A DNA stretch of 64,000 nucleotides from Chitinophagales bacterium (GTDB lineage: Bacteria; Bacteroidota; Bacteroidia; Chitinophagales; JADIYW01): assembly GCA_023957215.1 (NCBI GenBank), contig JAMLHH010000010.1, positions 6,979 through 70,978 of the forward strand, read 5' to 3'. Below, piece by piece: positions 29,255 to 39,488 of this stretch. The notes under the pieces are model-generated. The model was given only the letters and a program-made list of their open reading frames with translations, was not told the DNA's origin and did not search any database. A program made the translations under genes and the position numbers. Each line of letters opens with the position of its first letter. Within the stretch, counting starts at the first letter, position 1.

Positions 29255-29983
29255 TTATTGAATTTTATTTTGAAGTGTGAATTCAGAAAACATTAGAAAG
29301 ATGATGCTCAAGCCTATAAAATAAATCATGTCTGAAAAATCTATGACACCTCGACTGATAGCATCATAGTGTGCTCCTGCACCGATAGAAAATACGAGAT
29401 AACTCAATTTAGGTGACAATGATTCTAATAGACTGATGCGGTAAAATGCATCAAAAACTAAGTAGCACAAAAAGACACCTAATAAGAATGCAACGATTTG
29501 ATTAGATGAAAGCACTGAAGACCAAATTCCGATGGCGCAGAAAAGTATTCCCAAGAGAAAAATGCCAACATACGAACCCCAAGTCGCTCCGGTATCTATT
29601 CCGGCTCCTTCCAAACTTAAATTTGATACAGCCAAAAAGTAAAGTAAAGTAGGTAAAAGTGCAATAAACAATAAAGTACAAGTAGCAGAAAACTTTCCAA
29701 ATAATATCTGTCTGACTGATAATGGTTTGGTCGCTAAAAGTTCATAAGTACCGGATTGTAATTCGTCCGAAAAGCTTCTCATCGTAATGGCAGGTACGAG
29801 TAAAATCAATATCCAAGGTGTCAAGCCGAAAAAAATATCTAAAGTGGCAAAACCGCTATCTATCACATTTCCTTCAAAAACAAAAACATTGAGCCCCATG
29901 ACCAATAAAAATACGCCAACTGCAATATATCCTGTCAGTGAACTGAAAAACTGTGATAAATCTTTCTTATAAATACTCCACAT
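29255..29983 (-). CDS. gldF: Gliding-motility-associated ABC transporter permease GldF
   Basis: 242 aa, a 6-TM ABC-2 type permease located between gldA and gldG. Confidence 0.85.
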   Translation of the reverse strand: MWSIYKKDLSQFFSSLTGYIAVGVFLLVMGLNVFVFEGNVIDSGFATLDIFFGLTPWILILLVPAITMRSFSDELQSGTYELLATKPLSVRQILFGKFSATCTLLFIALLPTLLYFLAVSNLSLEGAGIDTGATWGSYVGIFLLGILFCAIGIWSSVLSSNQIVAFLLGVFLCYLVFDAFYRISLLESLSPKLSYLVFSIGAGAHYDAISRGVIDFSDMIYFIGLSIIFLMFSEFTLQNKIQ

Positions 29984-29988
29984 ATCTT

Positions 29989-30903
29989 TTATTTGGATGA
30001 ATGTGTTAGTTGTTTGAAAATACCTTCCAAGTTGGTTCCCATATCTTGAAGTTGTAAAATAGGATTATCTGTTTTGACGGCTATTCTAAAAAGTGCTTTT
30101 TTCAATTGATAAGCATCTTTACCTGTAACTTCATAAGTCAGATTTCCTTTTTGCTCAATAGAATCTATGATTTCTAACGCTTTGAATGTATTGATGTCAA
30201 TCGGTTTCTCCATAGAAAAAACTATTTTCTGTACACCATGTATTTGTTGGGTGATATTGTTGACCGTATCATTCGCTACAATTTTTCCATTTTGGATAAT
30301 CATTACACGATTACAAATAGCTTGAACTTCCTGCATGATATGTGTAGAAAAAATTACTGTTTTATCTTTACCTAACTCTCTGATGAGTTGTCTGATTTCT
30401 TCTAGCTGATTAGGGTCTAAACCTGACATCGGTTCGTCCAAAATCAAAACTTTTGGATCGTGAATAAGTGCTTGTGCGATACCTACACGCTGACGATAAC
30501 CTTTAGATAATTGACCTATTTTTTTATGTTGCTCCACAACTAAACCGGTCATTTCTATTACTCTTTTGACAGCTTCCTTTTTAGCTTCTAGCTTATAAAC
30601 ACCTGCTACGAAATGTAGATACTCTTTGATAAACATTTCTTTGTAAAGCGGATTGTTTTCGGGTAGATAACCGATTGCTTTTTGACCTTCCTGTGGATTT
30701 TTCAACATGTCTATTCCACTGACCGATACTTTTCCTGCACTCGGTGAAATATAACCTGTAATCATTTTCATGGCGGTTGATTTTCCCGCACCATTAGGAC
30801 CTAAAAAGCCTAAGATATCTCCATGTTTCACTTGAAAAGAGATATTGTCAACAGCTTTCTGCGTACCATATATTTTGGTCAATTGCTCTACTTGAACAGA
30901 CAT
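29989..30903 (-). CDS. gldA: Gliding-motility-associated ABC transporter ATP-binding protein GldA
   Basis: 304 aa. Walker A GPNGAGKST, signature LSKGYRQR, Walker B LILDEP. Confidence 0.9.
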   Translation of the reverse strand: MSVQVEQLTKIYGTQKAVDNISFQVKHGDILGFLGPNGAGKSTAMKMITGYISPSAGKVSVSGIDMLKNPQEGQKAIGYLPENNPLYKEMFIKEYLHFVAGVYKLEAKKEAVKRVIEMTGLVVEQHKKIGQLSKGYRQRVGIAQALIHDPKVLILDEPMSGLDPNQLEEIRQLIRELGKDKTVIFSTHIMQEVQAICNRVMIIQNGKIVANDTVNNITQQIHGVQKIVFSMEKPIDINTFKALEIIDSIEQKGNLTYEVTGKDAYQLKKALFRIAVKTDNPILQLQDMGTNLEGIFKQLTHSSK

Positions 30904-31070
30904 GTCACAAAGGTAGATAAATCAATATGATTTTTTAAAGGAGGAAAGTGAGACGATATGAAATTAAACTACTCTTTTGTTAAGGTTCACTAAAGAAACA
31001 TATATCTGTCAAAGATTTGTCTTTTTGACTTAAATGTTGATAACAACGTTTTTAATATGAGTGATAGGTT

Positions 31071-31078
31071 TATCTTTG
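31071..31078 (+). promoter_or_regulatory. Putative -7 promoter box (TAnnTTTG)
   Basis: TATCTTTG lies 19 nt upstream of the ATG at 31098. Confidence 0.35.
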
Positions 31079-31097
31079 CGCAAAAAGAGCATTTATT

Positions 31098-31517
31098 ATG
31101 GAAACAGGTTTCTTTCATTTACACTCCACTATTGCATATTTGGTATTATTAGGACTGTTATTATCAGTGATTTTCGCAATTGCAAATCGTCCTATCAATC
31201 CTTTAACAAGGAAAATTGCTAAAATCACGATGATATTGACACATATTCAGATTTTAGCCGGTCTTGCTTTGTATTTTGTATGGCTTACCGGATTTCAGAC
31301 TTTGGCAGGTGGTAGTGAATTTATGTCAGATCCGGTATTGAGACTTAAAGCGATGGAGCATCCATTAATGGGTATCATAGCAGTGATTTTAGTAACAATA
31401 GGTCACAGTAAGTCCAAGAAAGCAAGTGACGCATTGGCTTCAAAGCCTATTATCATTTTCTACTTGATAGCTTTAATTTTGATACTTTCAAGATTGCCTT
31501 ATGGTAATTGGTTTTAA
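31098..31517 (+). CDS. Hypothetical 4-TM membrane protein
   Basis: 139 aa with four hydrophobic helices. No motif recognised. Confidence 0.55.
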   Translation: METGFFHLHSTIAYLVLLGLLLSVIFAIANRPINPLTRKIAKITMILTHIQILAGLALYFVWLTGFQTLAGGSEFMSDPVLRLKAMEHPLMGIIAVILVTIGHSKSKKASDALASKPIIIFYLIALILILSRLPYGNWF

Positions 31518-31536
31518 TAAAAAAAAACGACTTCGT

Positions 31537-32664
31537 TTATAACAAGCTCAAAATCAGCTCCGCATTATGAAGATTATCGTATCGTTCATTGACTCTTGAT
31601 TGTCTTTCTGCACTCATATCATTGGTAAAAAATTGATTTTTGAGTTCGTTGATTTTATGAATGAGTGCATCCTCTCCCGAAAGTGCATAGATTCCGATTT
31701 CAGGATGAGATTCCGGATAGATTTCGGGATTGACGATAATAAATCGTGCAGAAAAAAGTGCATTGACCCATTTGATTTTCATCCCGGTCGGTTGTTGATT
31801 AGGTAAAAGATGTATTTGTGCATCTTCCATGATTGTTCTCATTTCTTGTATGCCGGGGTTTGCGATGAGTTTTACATTAGGATAGGCGTTTGTAGCTTTT
31901 ATGACTTTGTCAGTAGGATCCTTTCCTGTGATGACAAGTGGTACATCTAACTTTGAAAAAACTCTTTCCATCAGCCAAATAGCAGCTTGCTCATTTTCAT
32001 TGACACTCAGATTTCCATGAAAAATGGCATAATTACCTTTACCTTCTTTGATTTCTGGTGTAGTATAATGATGAAAAGCCGGAATGTACAAAGTCCTTGA
32101 ATGTGGATAGGTCTGTTTGAGATATTTTTCATCCTTCACCGAAATAGCTAAAAGCGTCGTGTGTTGAATACAATCTTCAAACTTTTTTAATCGTCTGGCT
32201 TCTTCTAAAAAGTATTTTTTCTTAGGATATGAAAGTTCTAATTCTGCAAGATACTTATAGTATTTCCATTCGATATTATGCATTCTGACGACAAAAGGAA
32301 TGCCTGCTTTTTCAAGGTGTTCTATCATAAAACAAGTGTGCAAACCTTCTAAGATGACGGGTTTGCCTATTCTGATGACATTTTCTATCAGATTTTTATT
32401 GTATCGTGAAGAAGCGATATAAGGCCAACCTTGTAAATATTTGTGAGTGTTGCTGCGTTTATAATATTCTACGGATGCGCAAAGTTCATTGAGTCGTTCG
32501 TGTGGTTTATGATCCTTATAAATATAGGTGTGTAAATGAACTTTAACTCCCAAATTATACAATGCTTTTAGTCTGTAAAATACATCCATGACACCACCAT
32601 AATTGGGTGGATAAGGTGAAGCAAAAGACACCACCTGAACTTCCTTATTTCTATAATTGCTCAT
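31537..32664 (-). CDS. Glycosyltransferase (GT-B, family 1/4-like)
   Basis: 375 aa. VVSFASPYPPNYGGVMDV N-terminus typical of GT4-type enzymes. Overlaps the upstream GT gene by 14 nt. Confidence 0.7.
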   Translation of the reverse strand: MSNYRNKEVQVVSFASPYPPNYGGVMDVFYRLKALYNLGVKVHLHTYIYKDHKPHERLNELCASVEYYKRSNTHKYLQGWPYIASSRYNKNLIENVIRIGKPVILEGLHTCFMIEHLEKAGIPFVVRMHNIEWKYYKYLAELELSYPKKKYFLEEARRLKKFEDCIQHTTLLAISVKDEKYLKQTYPHSRTLYIPAFHHYTTPEIKEGKGNYAIFHGNLSVNENEQAAIWLMERVFSKLDVPLVITGKDPTDKVIKATNAYPNVKLIANPGIQEMRTIMEDAQIHLLPNQQPTGMKIKWVNALFSARFIIVNPEIYPESHPEIGIYALSGEDALIHKINELKNQFFTNDMSAERQSRVNERYDNLHNAELILSLL

Positions 32665-33742
32665 AAATAGCTATCAATGCTTTTTGTTCATTTTCCCAAT
32701 TCCAAACTGCTTTCGCATATCGGCATTGTTCACTAAGATAAGTATATTTCTCTTTATTTTCTATCAAATCTGATATAGATTTTACAATTGCTTTCGGTGT
32801 GAGTTCATCTAGTAATACTGCCACTTCAAATTCCTGATTCATCTTTTGATATTCTGGAAAATTCATGCTGATTTGCGGAATTTCTGCCTGTACGTAATCA
32901 AAAAATTTATTGGCGAGTGAGTAGTAATAATTGAGGCAGGTGTTTTCTAAAAGATTGATACCCATCATTGCTTCTTGAGTGTAAGTCCAAAGAATATCCG
33001 GTTTTAGATTTCCTAGAAAAATAACTTTATCTTCTAAATGCTGACTTTTGACTCTTTGTTTTAAGTCGTTTTCTATATCACCTTTTCCTGCGATATAAAG
33101 TGGAATCTTGATTTCATGCATGGCATCTATCATCGCTTCCAAGCCTCGACCGATATTTAATGCACCTTGGTATAAGAGATACTTTTTCTTTTCAGTGTTT
33201 GACAAACTTTTTTCCCAAGGCATATTTCTAACCAATTTTACATCTTGCCGGCACAAAGTAGAAAGTTCGTGAGCTATACTTTGGCTGACGGTATAAACTT
33301 TATCCATTCGCGGAACAAAAATCTTTTCAACCTTTTGCCAAAAACCTTTTACTTTGGGCTTCTCAGTGAGTTCCGGACAATATGGAAACCACTCATGTGC
33401 ATCATAAACCACCTTTTTACCTTTTAATTTAGCCATAAAAAATGCCGGGATTATTGTGTCTAAATCTATGGCATTGATGATATCGCTTTTGTGAAATAAG
33501 AGCCAAAACAAAAGACGTATATTGTATTCAAAATAGAACAAAAAACCGCTGTTCCAAAAACACTTTAAGCGGACTTGCTGAAAGCTTTGTGTACTTAACT
33601 CGGCAGAACTCGGCAGTATTCTACCTACTAAAGTCACATCATATCCGGCGGTAGAAAGTGTGCCGCAAATCCTATGCATACGCTGATCCGTATTCAAATC
33701 ATTGATGACCAAACAGGTGATTTTAGTTTTTTTGTCTGACAT
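32651..33742 (-). CDS. Glycosyltransferase family 4-like
   Basis: 363 aa. KITCLVINDLNTDQRMHRICGTL N-terminus and a GT-B layout (LLYQGALNIGRGLE...). Confidence 0.7.
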   Translation of the reverse strand: MSDKKTKITCLVINDLNTDQRMHRICGTLSTAGYDVTLVGRILPSSAELSTQSFQQVRLKCFWNSGFLFYFEYNIRLLFWLLFHKSDIINAIDLDTIIPAFFMAKLKGKKVVYDAHEWFPYCPELTEKPKVKGFWQKVEKIFVPRMDKVYTVSQSIAHELSTLCRQDVKLVRNMPWEKSLSNTEKKKYLLYQGALNIGRGLEAMIDAMHEIKIPLYIAGKGDIENDLKQRVKSQHLEDKVIFLGNLKPDILWTYTQEAMMGINLLENTCLNYYYSLANKFFDYVQAEIPQISMNFPEYQKMNQEFEVAVLLDELTPKAIVKSISDLIENKEKYTYLSEQCRYAKAVWNWENEQKALIAIYEQL

Positions 33743-35645
33743 GCTGTTTAGATTCGTCCACCCATTCTATTTGTTCTTCGTCCATCAATAAATTGAGCAA
33801 CTCAAGATAATCTTCTTTCAATGTATTTTCTAATTTGGATATCAGTTCATCTATAAAAATTCCATGTTCACCTTTTTCTTGAATCAGTTGCAAAAGCTTC
33901 ACTCGCATATCTTCATAACTCATCTTTTCTCTAATATTTCTATCAATACAGTGGTCGCATACTTGACATTTTTCCGTTTCAGTCTCACCGAAATAAGCTC
34001 TCAAAATCTCTTGCCTACAAAGCGCTTCATCTGTTTCCGCATAATCAGCCATCGCTTTGATGCGCTTGTTCATTTGATTTTTGATAAAAGCTATAAACTC
34101 AAAATCCAATCTGATATTGTCATCATGTAATCTTTCTTCCAAAAAAGTAATCCTCGGTCTGTCAGAACTTTGGATATAAGAAATCACTTTTCGTTCGGCA
34201 AGCTCTTTTAATATGGCGATACAATCTTTGTTTTGCAACATCATTTTTTGAGCGATAAAAGCTTCATTTATCTTGACAAAACCACTTTGTACGCCTTCAT
34301 AAGTACGAAGTATGGTTTTAATCATGGTATCGTACATCATATTTGCCACCTGAAACTTATACAATTCCGTTCTATCCATTTCAAACTTTATTCTCGATGG
34401 TAGAAAAAACGCATCGTTTAAAGTCAAATATCCAGCTTGCTCTAATAATTTCAGTGCATTGAAAGTTTTGACAATTTGCCATCGGTATCTTTTTGCAAAA
34501 TCATTGAGATTAAATTTAAAACTGTGCCCTTTCCCTCCACCAAAAGCAATGTTGAGATAATTGTAAAGTGCATTATAAACCTGTTTGACAAACTCAAATT
34601 CAGGAAACTTTGACTCGACTGCTTTAAAGAGTTTTTCTTTGTCTTTTTCATTGTAAAGTAAAACAGCATAGCTTCTTTTCCCGTCTCGCCCTCCACGACC
34701 GGCCTCTTGGTAGTATGCTTCTAAAGATTCCGGGACATCCACATGCACAACTAAGCGCACATCCGGTTTGTCTATACCCATTCCAAAAGCATTCGTACAG
34801 CAGATGACTCTGTGTCTATTAGCTATCCACGCTTCTTGTCGGATATTTCTATCTCTAGCGTCTAAACCGGCGTGATAATAAGTCGCAGAAATGTTTCTTT
34901 GCATTAAAAATTGAGCGATTTCTTCTGTCCGCCTTCTATTTGCTGCATATACAATTGCTGTCCCCGGTATTTTCTGTATGATTTCCAAAAGTTTTTCCGG
35001 CTTAGCAGTGTTTTTTCGAACGACAAAAGTGATATTGGGACGTTCAAATGAAGCTTTAAAAACTTTTACATCCTTCTTTAGTTTTAGAGAAGAAATAATA
35101 TCTTTTTGTACTTCAGGTGTTGCACTTGCCGTCAAAGCGATGATGGGAATCTGTGGGAAAAATTCACGTATCAAAGCGATGTTTCTATAACTCGGTCTAA
35201 AGTCAAAACCCCATTGTGAAATACAATGTGCTTCATCTATTGCCAGCATGGAGATAGGCAAAGTTTTGAGTGCTATCAGAAAATTGTATGAGCTGAGCCT
35301 TTCAGGCGAAATGTACAAAAGTTGGGTATGACCATTTGCACAATTTTGCAACATATCATCTATTTCCTGATGACTCAATCCTGTATAAATAGCGGCTGCG
35401 TTGATACCTCTTTTTTCAAGCTGTTGTACTTGGTCTTTCATCAAAGCTATCAAAGGTGAAATAATGATACATACACCATTACGGACCAAAGCGGGTATCT
35501 GGTAACATATAGATTTTCCTGCACCGGTGGGCAGAAGTGCTAAGACATCGTGACCTTCTAAAGATGCCTGAATGATTTTATCCTGTGGCGACCTGAAGCT
35601 TTCGTAACCCCAAACTTTTTGCAATATGTATAATGCCTGATTCAT
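33723..35645 (-). CDS. recQ: RecQ-family ATP-dependent DNA helicase
   Basis: 640 aa. LPTGAGKSICYQIPA, DEAHCISQWGFDFRPSY, TNAFGMGIDKPDVR, QEAGRGGRDG. Confidence 0.9.
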   Translation of the reverse strand: MNQALYILQKVWGYESFRSPQDKIIQASLEGHDVLALLPTGAGKSICYQIPALVRNGVCIIISPLIALMKDQVQQLEKRGINAAAIYTGLSHQEIDDMLQNCANGHTQLLYISPERLSSYNFLIALKTLPISMLAIDEAHCISQWGFDFRPSYRNIALIREFFPQIPIIALTASATPEVQKDIISSLKLKKDVKVFKASFERPNITFVVRKNTAKPEKLLEIIQKIPGTAIVYAANRRRTEEIAQFLMQRNISATYYHAGLDARDRNIRQEAWIANRHRVICCTNAFGMGIDKPDVRLVVHVDVPESLEAYYQEAGRGGRDGKRSYAVLLYNEKDKEKLFKAVESKFPEFEFVKQVYNALYNYLNIAFGGGKGHSFKFNLNDFAKRYRWQIVKTFNALKLLEQAGYLTLNDAFFLPSRIKFEMDRTELYKFQVANMMYDTMIKTILRTYEGVQSGFVKINEAFIAQKMMLQNKDCIAILKELAERKVISYIQSSDRPRITFLEERLHDDNIRLDFEFIAFIKNQMNKRIKAMADYAETDEALCRQEILRAYFGETETEKCQVCDHCIDRNIREKMSYEDMRVKLLQLIQEKGEHGIFIDELISKLENTLKEDYLELLNLLMDEEQIEWVDESKQHVRQKN

Positions 35646-35730
35646 TCTATTTATCTAAGATAGGTATAGCTTCTGAAATTTCATAAAACACTCTTTCAAC
35701 TGTCAAAACTAATCATTTGCTTCTTTGTTT

Positions 35731-35738
35731 TATTTTTG
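35731..35738 (+). promoter_or_regulatory. Putative -7 promoter box (TAnnTTTG)
   Basis: TATTTTTG lies 25 nt upstream of the ATG at 35764. Confidence 0.35.
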
Positions 35739-35763
35739 TAATGGTAATGGATGAAATAGATAT

Positions 35764-36441
35764 ATGCTTAGTTCTAATGAAATAATATTGAGATTGGTTT
35801 TAGCTGCTTTATTAGGCGGTCTGATAGGTGTAGAAAGAGAGCGCAAGGAATGGACAGCCGGTATGCGTACACACATGATGGTTTGTTTGGGATCTTGTTT
35901 GATTATGTTGGTTTCCTCTTTTGGTTTTTCTGAGATTTTAAGTTTGGAAAATGAGCACATCGCTTTGGATCCTTCAAGGGTAGCTGCTCAAGTAGTGAGT
36001 GGAATCGGCTTCCTCGGAGCGGGAACGATTATCTTTTTGAGACAAGGAGTGATACACGGATTGACGACGGCGGCAGGTCTATGGACAGTGGCTGCTATCG
36101 GTTTGGCTATCGGTGGAGGATTGTATTTGGCAGCAGGTGCGACCACTTTTATCGCATTAGCTATTCTGTGGGCATTGCAACCTATTGAAAGACGGATAGC
36201 TGAAAAACTCAAAAAAAACTCATTAAAAATTACAACTGCCCTCCAGCCGGCTGGACTGGAACTGTTTAATCTGATCATGGAAAATCAAAAACTAAATATA
36301 GACACTTTCACTATTTCTACTTCAGAACAAGATTATATCTTTGAGATGAAAGGGAATCAAGTCAATATAGAAGCTGTCAATGCAATCATCGAACAGATGA
36401 AGGACAAAGTACAAGTAAAAGAAATGTTATGGCTGAGATAG
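35764..36441 (+). CDS. MgtC/SapB family membrane protein
   Basis: 225 aa. LRLVLAALLGGLIGVERE...AGMRTH...VVSGIGFLGAG, the typical MgtC N-domain. Confidence 0.85.
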   Translation: MLSSNEIILRLVLAALLGGLIGVERERKEWTAGMRTHMMVCLGSCLIMLVSSFGFSEILSLENEHIALDPSRVAAQVVSGIGFLGAGTIIFLRQGVIHGLTTAAGLWTVAAIGLAIGGGLYLAAGATTFIALAILWALQPIERRIAEKLKKNSLKITTALQPAGLELFNLIMENQKLNIDTFTISTSEQDYIFEMKGNQVNIEAVNAIIEQMKDKVQVKEMLWLR

Positions 36442-36486
36442 AAAAAATCATGCTATTTTAGCGATTTTATTTTTAAGTACACTTAT

Positions 36487-37095
36487 ATGTTGACATTCAT
36501 CATTATCGGTATTACGGCTTTGGTGTCGATACAAGCTTTTAGCAATGGGCAGTTGTTTAGTAAGTTTGTCTTTGCACCTAACTATATTTCAAGAACCAAA
36601 GAGTGGCATCGTTTTTTTACCTATGGATTATTGCATGGTGATTGGATGCATTTGTTATTCAATATGTTTGCCTTTTATTCTTTCGGGCAGGCAGTAGAAA
36701 GTGCCTACAAAAATTTATACCCCGGGAGTGGCTCTTTTTTATATCTGTTTCTTTATATATCAGCATTACCTATTAGTTCCCTGGTCGATTATTTTCAGCA
36801 TAAAAACAATCCCAACTATATGGCTGTCGGTGCTTCCGGAGCCGTGTCAGCAGTGATTTTTTCGAGCGTATTGATTTATCCGACAGGAGGTATCTTGATT
36901 TTTCCTATACCTTTTTCCATTCCTGCATATATTTTCGGTCCTTTATTTTTAGGATTTTCAGCTTATATGTCCAAAGATCCGAATAGTAGAATTGGTCACG
37001 CCGCACACTTTTACGGTGCTGTCTATGGTTTGGTTTTTACCATTATCACGATACCCGGAATAGTTACCCATTTTATACAAGAAGTCTTCGGGTAA
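36487..37095 (+). CDS. Rhomboid-family intramembrane serine protease
   Basis: 202 aa. HGDWMHLLFNM, GASGAV (catalytic Ser) and a downstream His (AAHFYG). Confidence 0.85.
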   Translation: MLTFIIIGITALVSIQAFSNGQLFSKFVFAPNYISRTKEWHRFFTYGLLHGDWMHLLFNMFAFYSFGQAVESAYKNLYPGSGSFLYLFLYISALPISSLVDYFQHKNNPNYMAVGASGAVSAVIFSSVLIYPTGGILIFPIPFSIPAYIFGPLFLGFSAYMSKDPNSRIGHAAHFYGAVYGLVFTIITIPGIVTHFIQEVFG

Positions 37096-37163
37096 AAGTT
37101 TAATAAATTGATGTATATTCAATCAAATAGGAAAGATAGACAAAGAGGCAAGTTTGCTCTATT

Positions 37164-37694
37164 TTATCTCTTAAAAAAGGGTTCTAACAAAGCGATAATA
37201 TCCTGCATATCGGTTTTAATATCCTTGCGTTTTTCTTTCAGCAATTCTGTATTATCCCTCAAATCAGAAACCACTTTAAAGATATTTTGCATCACTTTGA
37301 TGACCAATTTTCTTTCTTCGGCACTCAAATCCTTTGTTATTTCATTTTCCACTACAAAAGCTGTTTGAATGGCAATGATTCTCAGCTGTTTACCATACTC
37401 TGTCAGATGTACATATACCTTGCGTTGATCTTTTTCGCTATTCTTACGCATGACAGCTCCTTTCTCCTCTAAGGAATTAAGTAATCGGGAAAGACTGTTG
37501 GGTTCCAAACCCATTCTCGGCGCTATTTTTGTGACAGGTGTACCTTCTTCATCTATGGCTAAAAGTGCAAATGCCATTGCCAAGGTACTGTCGTATTCTT
37601 TTGCTAAATCGTTGAATAATTTTGAAACGGATAACCAATTTGCTCTAAGGTGATATAGTAAAACTTGTTGCGCAAGTTGCTGAAACAATTCCAT
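37164..37694 (-). CDS. MarR-family transcriptional regulator
   Basis: Winged-HTH region PVTKIAPRMGLEPNSLSRLLNSLEEKGAVMR. The ATG at 37694 is preferred over the GTG at 37736. Divergent from the FabG-like gene. Confidence 0.8.
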   Translation of the reverse strand: MELFQQLAQQVLLYHLRANWLSVSKLFNDLAKEYDSTLAMAFALLAIDEEGTPVTKIAPRMGLEPNSLSRLLNSLEEKGAVMRKNSEKDQRKVYVHLTEYGKQLRIIAIQTAFVVENEITKDLSAEERKLVIKVMQNIFKVVSDLRDNTELLKEKRKDIKTDMQDIIALLEPFFKR

Positions 37695-37864
37695 GTCCAC
37701 AAGATAAGTGTATTGCCCGAATATTTCACATTGCACTGTATTTATTTTAGATTACTTTATATTTAATTGTAGAAAGGTATTGTAAATATTCATAAACAGT
37801 TAATAGTAACTTAAAAAACTAATCTCTTACATTTAATATATTTGTTCGAAATAAATTTAAAATC

Positions 37865-39216
37865 ATGAGTGATTATTTGCAAAATCCATATTTGAAACAA
37901 GTCTTGGGACGATTAAATATTCCCATCCCAAGCCCTGAAATATTAAACAGAAATAATACTGCTATCAGCTATGATGAACTTCAAGATAAAGTAGCCGTCA
38001 TCGGTACTGTTGATGAAAACGGCGAGTGGTACAAAGCATTAAACGACACTTTGGTATCAAGAACCAAATTAGAGTATTACTCTGAAAGCATCAACGTATT
38101 GATATTAGATGCCACAGGAGCTGAGACCATTGATGATTTAGAAAAAATCTATTCTTTTGCAAATGCGAATATCGGAAGAGTAAAACGCAATGGTAGAATC
38201 TTAGTCCTTTCTACTGCTGCTGCAAAAGCTTCAAACGAAGCTAACATTGCATCTAAAGCATTGGTAGGTTTTGTAAAATCTTTAGCAAAAGAAGTCGGCG
38301 GAAAAGGAACTATCGTAAACGGTTTGAGACTCCCATCTGTATCTGAAGTGAAAAAAGCCGGTAAAGTAGATAACGTTTGGCCTTTGATACATTTCTTCAT
38401 CTCAGACAGAAGTGTATTCATCACCGGACAAACGATGGTTGCAGACTCAGGTATCAAAACTGTTGACTATGCAGGTTCAGGTAACCTAGAGGGCAAATGG
38501 GCTTTAGTGACCGGAGCTGCAAGAGGTATCGGAGCAGACACTGCAAGAGCATTGGCAAGAGAAGGTGCGAAAGTTATCGTACTTGATATCCCACAAGCAG
38601 AAGAAAGCCTAAAACAAGTGGCAGAAGAAATCGGTGGAGTGGCATTAGCTGCCGATATCACTAAAGATCAAGCGGAAAACGACACCAGAGCTTTATTGAA
38701 AAAACACAAAGCACAGTTAGATATATTGGTCAATAACACTAGGTATCATCAAAGACAAAACTTTGAAAAACACTGACACCCGCAATGTGGAATGCAGTGC
38801 TAAATGTCAACTTAAAATCCGTTATCAGATTTACCAATGCTTTATTGGAAGACGGTTTGGCAGACAATGCATCTATCATCGGTCTTTCATCCATTGCAGG
38901 TATTGCAGGAAATATGGGACAAACAAATTACTCCACCTCAAAAGCAGGTTTGATTGTTTATACCCAACAAATAGCAGCAGAAAATGCCAAAAGAGGTATC
39001 ACAGCTAACTGCGTGGCACCGGGTTTTATCGAAACACAAATGACCGCTAATCTTCCATTCTTTGTAAAAGAAGGTGGTAGAAGATTGAGTGCTTTGAAGC
39101 AAGGTGGCTTACCTGTTGATATTGCTGAAGCTATTACTTTCTATGCAGGGCCGGGCGGACGTTTCGTCACTGGTCAAGTTTTGAGAGTCTGTGGTGGAAG
39201 CTTCCTCGGAGCATAG
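37865..39216 (+). pseudogene. High-molecular-weight FabG-like (FabG4-type) SDR oxidoreductase, interrupted by two +1 frameshifts
   Basis: Three consecutive frames carry it: 37865..38776, 38763.., and 38785..39216. Joined, they read ...TGAARGIG...DILVNN[T/A] | GIIKDKTLKNTDTRN | WNAVLNVNL...SKAGL...PGFIET..., about 450 aa in total. Confidence 0.7.
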
Positions 39217-39245
39217 CTTCCAATAGATTAAATATAGTTAGAAAG

Positions 39246-39278
39246 GTTGTCTATCCGTAGGCAACTTTTTTGTTTTTT
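39246..39278 (+). terminator. Rho-independent terminator
   Basis: GTTGTCTA-TCCG-TAGGCAAC (8-bp stem with one U-G pair), followed by TTTTTTGTTTTTT. Lies 30 nt after the stop at 39216. Confidence 0.7.
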
Positions 39279-39470
39279 AGTATTGAGACTATTTGTACTG
39301 AGTAGAGAAACTTCTTTTTGGGGGATTATTTTTATTTTATCAACTAACTATCCTTATGGTAAGTCTGTCGTCCGCTGACCGCCGGCAAAATATAAGTACA
39401 AAGTACAAGTTTCCTTTATGGTTAATAAAATCTGCGAATACGGCGAACCGTTGTCAATGTCTGCCAACTG
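39279..39470 (+). repeat. Intergenic repeat family, copy 1
   Basis: Shares collinear words with copy 3: AGTATTGAGACT (39279), GTCGTCCGCT (39367), GCGAATACGG (39434) and GTTGTCA (39450). Confidence 0.65.
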
Positions 39471-39488
39471 TCGTCTGTCATCCGTGGT

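Noticed and set aside
38763-39008. 81-aa ORF (MKNTDTRNVECSAKC...) listed as a separate ORF.
   Set aside because: Only its first ~8 codons (KNTDTRN) are meaningful. They are the middle-frame piece of the frameshifted FabG-like gene. The rest is out-of-frame read-through.
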